In this document: positions 63,023 to 64,000 of the stretch, one piece after another
Position numbering within the stretch: position 1 is the first letter of the stretch
Layout: each line of letters starts with the position of its first letter
Assembly (NCBI GenBank): GCA_035528415.1
Contig: DATKYQ010000040.1
Coordinates: 28,296 to 92,295 of the forward strand
Source of the DNA: Myxococcota bacterium
GTDB taxonomy: Bacteria; Myxococcota; B64-G9
DNA: 64,000 nt
Direction: 5' to 3'
Translations under genes and position numbers: made by a program
The notes under the pieces: model-generated
Told to the model about the DNA's origin: nothing
The model's input: the letters and a program-made list of their open reading frames with translations, nothing else
The model's database searches: none

Positions 63023-64000
63023 TCAATCACCAAAAGCATACAGATACCCGTCCCGGGCGCCGACCACGATGCGGCCGTCCCAGATCGCGGGCGTGCTCTC
63101 TATGCAGGCCCCGGAGGGGATCGTAACGGTCCATTTCAAAATCGGCCGGCGGGGATCTTCGACGTCGTAGTCGCGGATCTGGCCTGTACAGGTTGCGACT
63201 ATCAACTGATCGTCCACCAGCGCCGGCGACGACCAGGCGTGCGGGCCGAGATCGTCGGTGAAGAGTATCTCGCCCGTCCGGCGATCCACGATCGCCAGCA
63301 TGCCCGAGTTGGTCGTCACATAGAGCGCCTGGTCGTCCAGGGCGGGTGTAGACCAGATGCCTCCCTTCCAGTCGTCTAAAGCCGGGGGAAATTCGAGGCT
63401 CCAGAGAACAGGGTCTCCCGTCGTGTATGGATCCAGTTTTACCAACTGGCCCACCTCGTCCGAGCGCGGCAGGTAGCGCTCGAGTTCGGCCGCCACGTAG
63501 AGCATTCCTTCCTCGTCGATGACGACCGAGGCGTCGATATCGTCGCCCATCCAGAAATCGAACACCAGCGGGGCTCGCCCAGAGTCGATCTGACTGGTAT
63601 CGACACCCACCACCCGGCCGGCCGAGTTGGCGAAGTACAGCCGCTTGCCGAAGGCCGCCACCGAGCTTTCGATGCTGGCGTTGCGATCGCCGACCTTTTC
63701 GAGAAGCTCCTCGGTCCAGCCCCTGATGGCCGCAAGCAGTTCCGGGCGCACGTGCACGCGCCCGCCGGGACCGTAATCGAGGTGCAGCCTGAAAGCGAAC
63801 AGGTAGCCGTTCTCGCCTCCCTCGTACAACATGTCGTCGAGCACCAGCGGGTTGCCGTCCCAGTCGTTGTTCCAGATCCCGGGGACGAAGTCGGCATCCA
63901 ACTTCCATAACTCCTGGGGCCCCCCCCCGCGATCCAGCGCGACGATACGCAGCTTGTTATCGCGCGAACCGAAGTAAATCAGCGGATCGCCGTCCGGGTC
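63023..64000 (-). CDS. PQQ-like beta-propeller repeat protein (5' end beyond the right edge)
   Basis: The frame stays open from 64000 (DPDGDPLIYFGSRDNKLRIVALD...). The track entry begins at an internal TTG. Motifs: WSTPALDDQALYVTTNSGMLAIVDRRTGEILF and TPAIWDGRIVVGARDGYLYAF. Confidence 0.65.
   Translation of the reverse strand, partial: DPDGDPLIYFGSRDNKLRIVALDRGGGPQELWKLDADFVPGIWNNDWDGNPLVLDDMLYEGGENGYLFAFRLHLDYGPGGRVHVRPELLAAIRGWTEELLEKVGDRNASIESSVAAFGKRLYFANSAGRVVGVDTSQIDSGRAPLVFDFWMGDDIDASVVIDEEGMLYVAAELERYLPRSDEVGQLVKLDPYTTGDPVLWSLEFPPALDDWKGGIWSTPALDDQALYVTTNSGMLAIVDRRTGEILFTDDLGPHAWSSPALVDDQLIVATCTGQIRDYDVEDPRRPILKWTVTIPSGACIESTPAIWDGRIVVGARDGYLYAFGD

Noticed and set aside
63027-63908. 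293-aa Arg-rich ORF in another frame of the PQQ-propeller region
   Set aside because: It fully overlaps the propeller-repeat frame, which has clear repeat motifs and stays open to the window edge. Its own product is low-complexity Arg/Gly/Pro.

Overview
This is a high-GC, densely coding bacterial chromosomal window with about 58 protein genes. I found no rRNA, tRNA, CRISPR array, transposase, integrase or phage gene.

The gene content suggests a Myxococcota / deltaproteobacterium-like organism (inference). It includes MYXO-CTERM-like tails, MopE/LDL-A-like Cys-rich repeats, three tandem bactofilins, a PEGA-domain Ser/Thr kinase, FHA and PilZ proteins, and many lipoproteins.

Housekeeping genes I recognise:
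- epmA, def, pyrE, pssA, ppdK, glyQ, glyS, recO, queD, queE
- an acyl-CoA dehydrogenase

Most of the window lies in two very long same-strand, translationally coupled gene trains on the minus strand, at 39671 to 18272 and 59038 to 44923.

Most interesting observations:
1. A PilZ-led five-gene operon (17565 to 7749). It encodes a 12-Asp-box beta-propeller protein and a VWA protein that share a paralogous Cys-rich stalk plus a MYXO-CTERM-like tail. It also encodes a 10-module Cys-rich lipoprotein and, unexpectedly, a cytoplasmic divergent GlpX (class II FBPase)-like protein.
2. A YfaS-type alpha-2-macroglobulin cluster (DUF2138, DUF1175, A2M and DUF2135-like genes). Its A2M keeps a CxEQ thioester motif. 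It is fused head-to-tail with a PEGA Ser/Thr kinase, a transpeptidase-only PBP, SpoIID/LytB and an MA-type metallopeptidase.
3. An in-frame fusion of a steroid-5-alpha-reductase-like membrane enzyme to a TonB-dependent-receptor-like plug and barrel, joined by an internal signal-peptide-like segment.
4. A pyruvate phosphate dikinase with an 88-residue histone-H1-like Lys-rich tail encoded by 42-nt tandem repeats.
5. A PafB/PafC-like WYL pair coupled to a HEAT-repeat protein and a lipoprotein.

All functional calls rest on motif recognition by eye. No database search was run.
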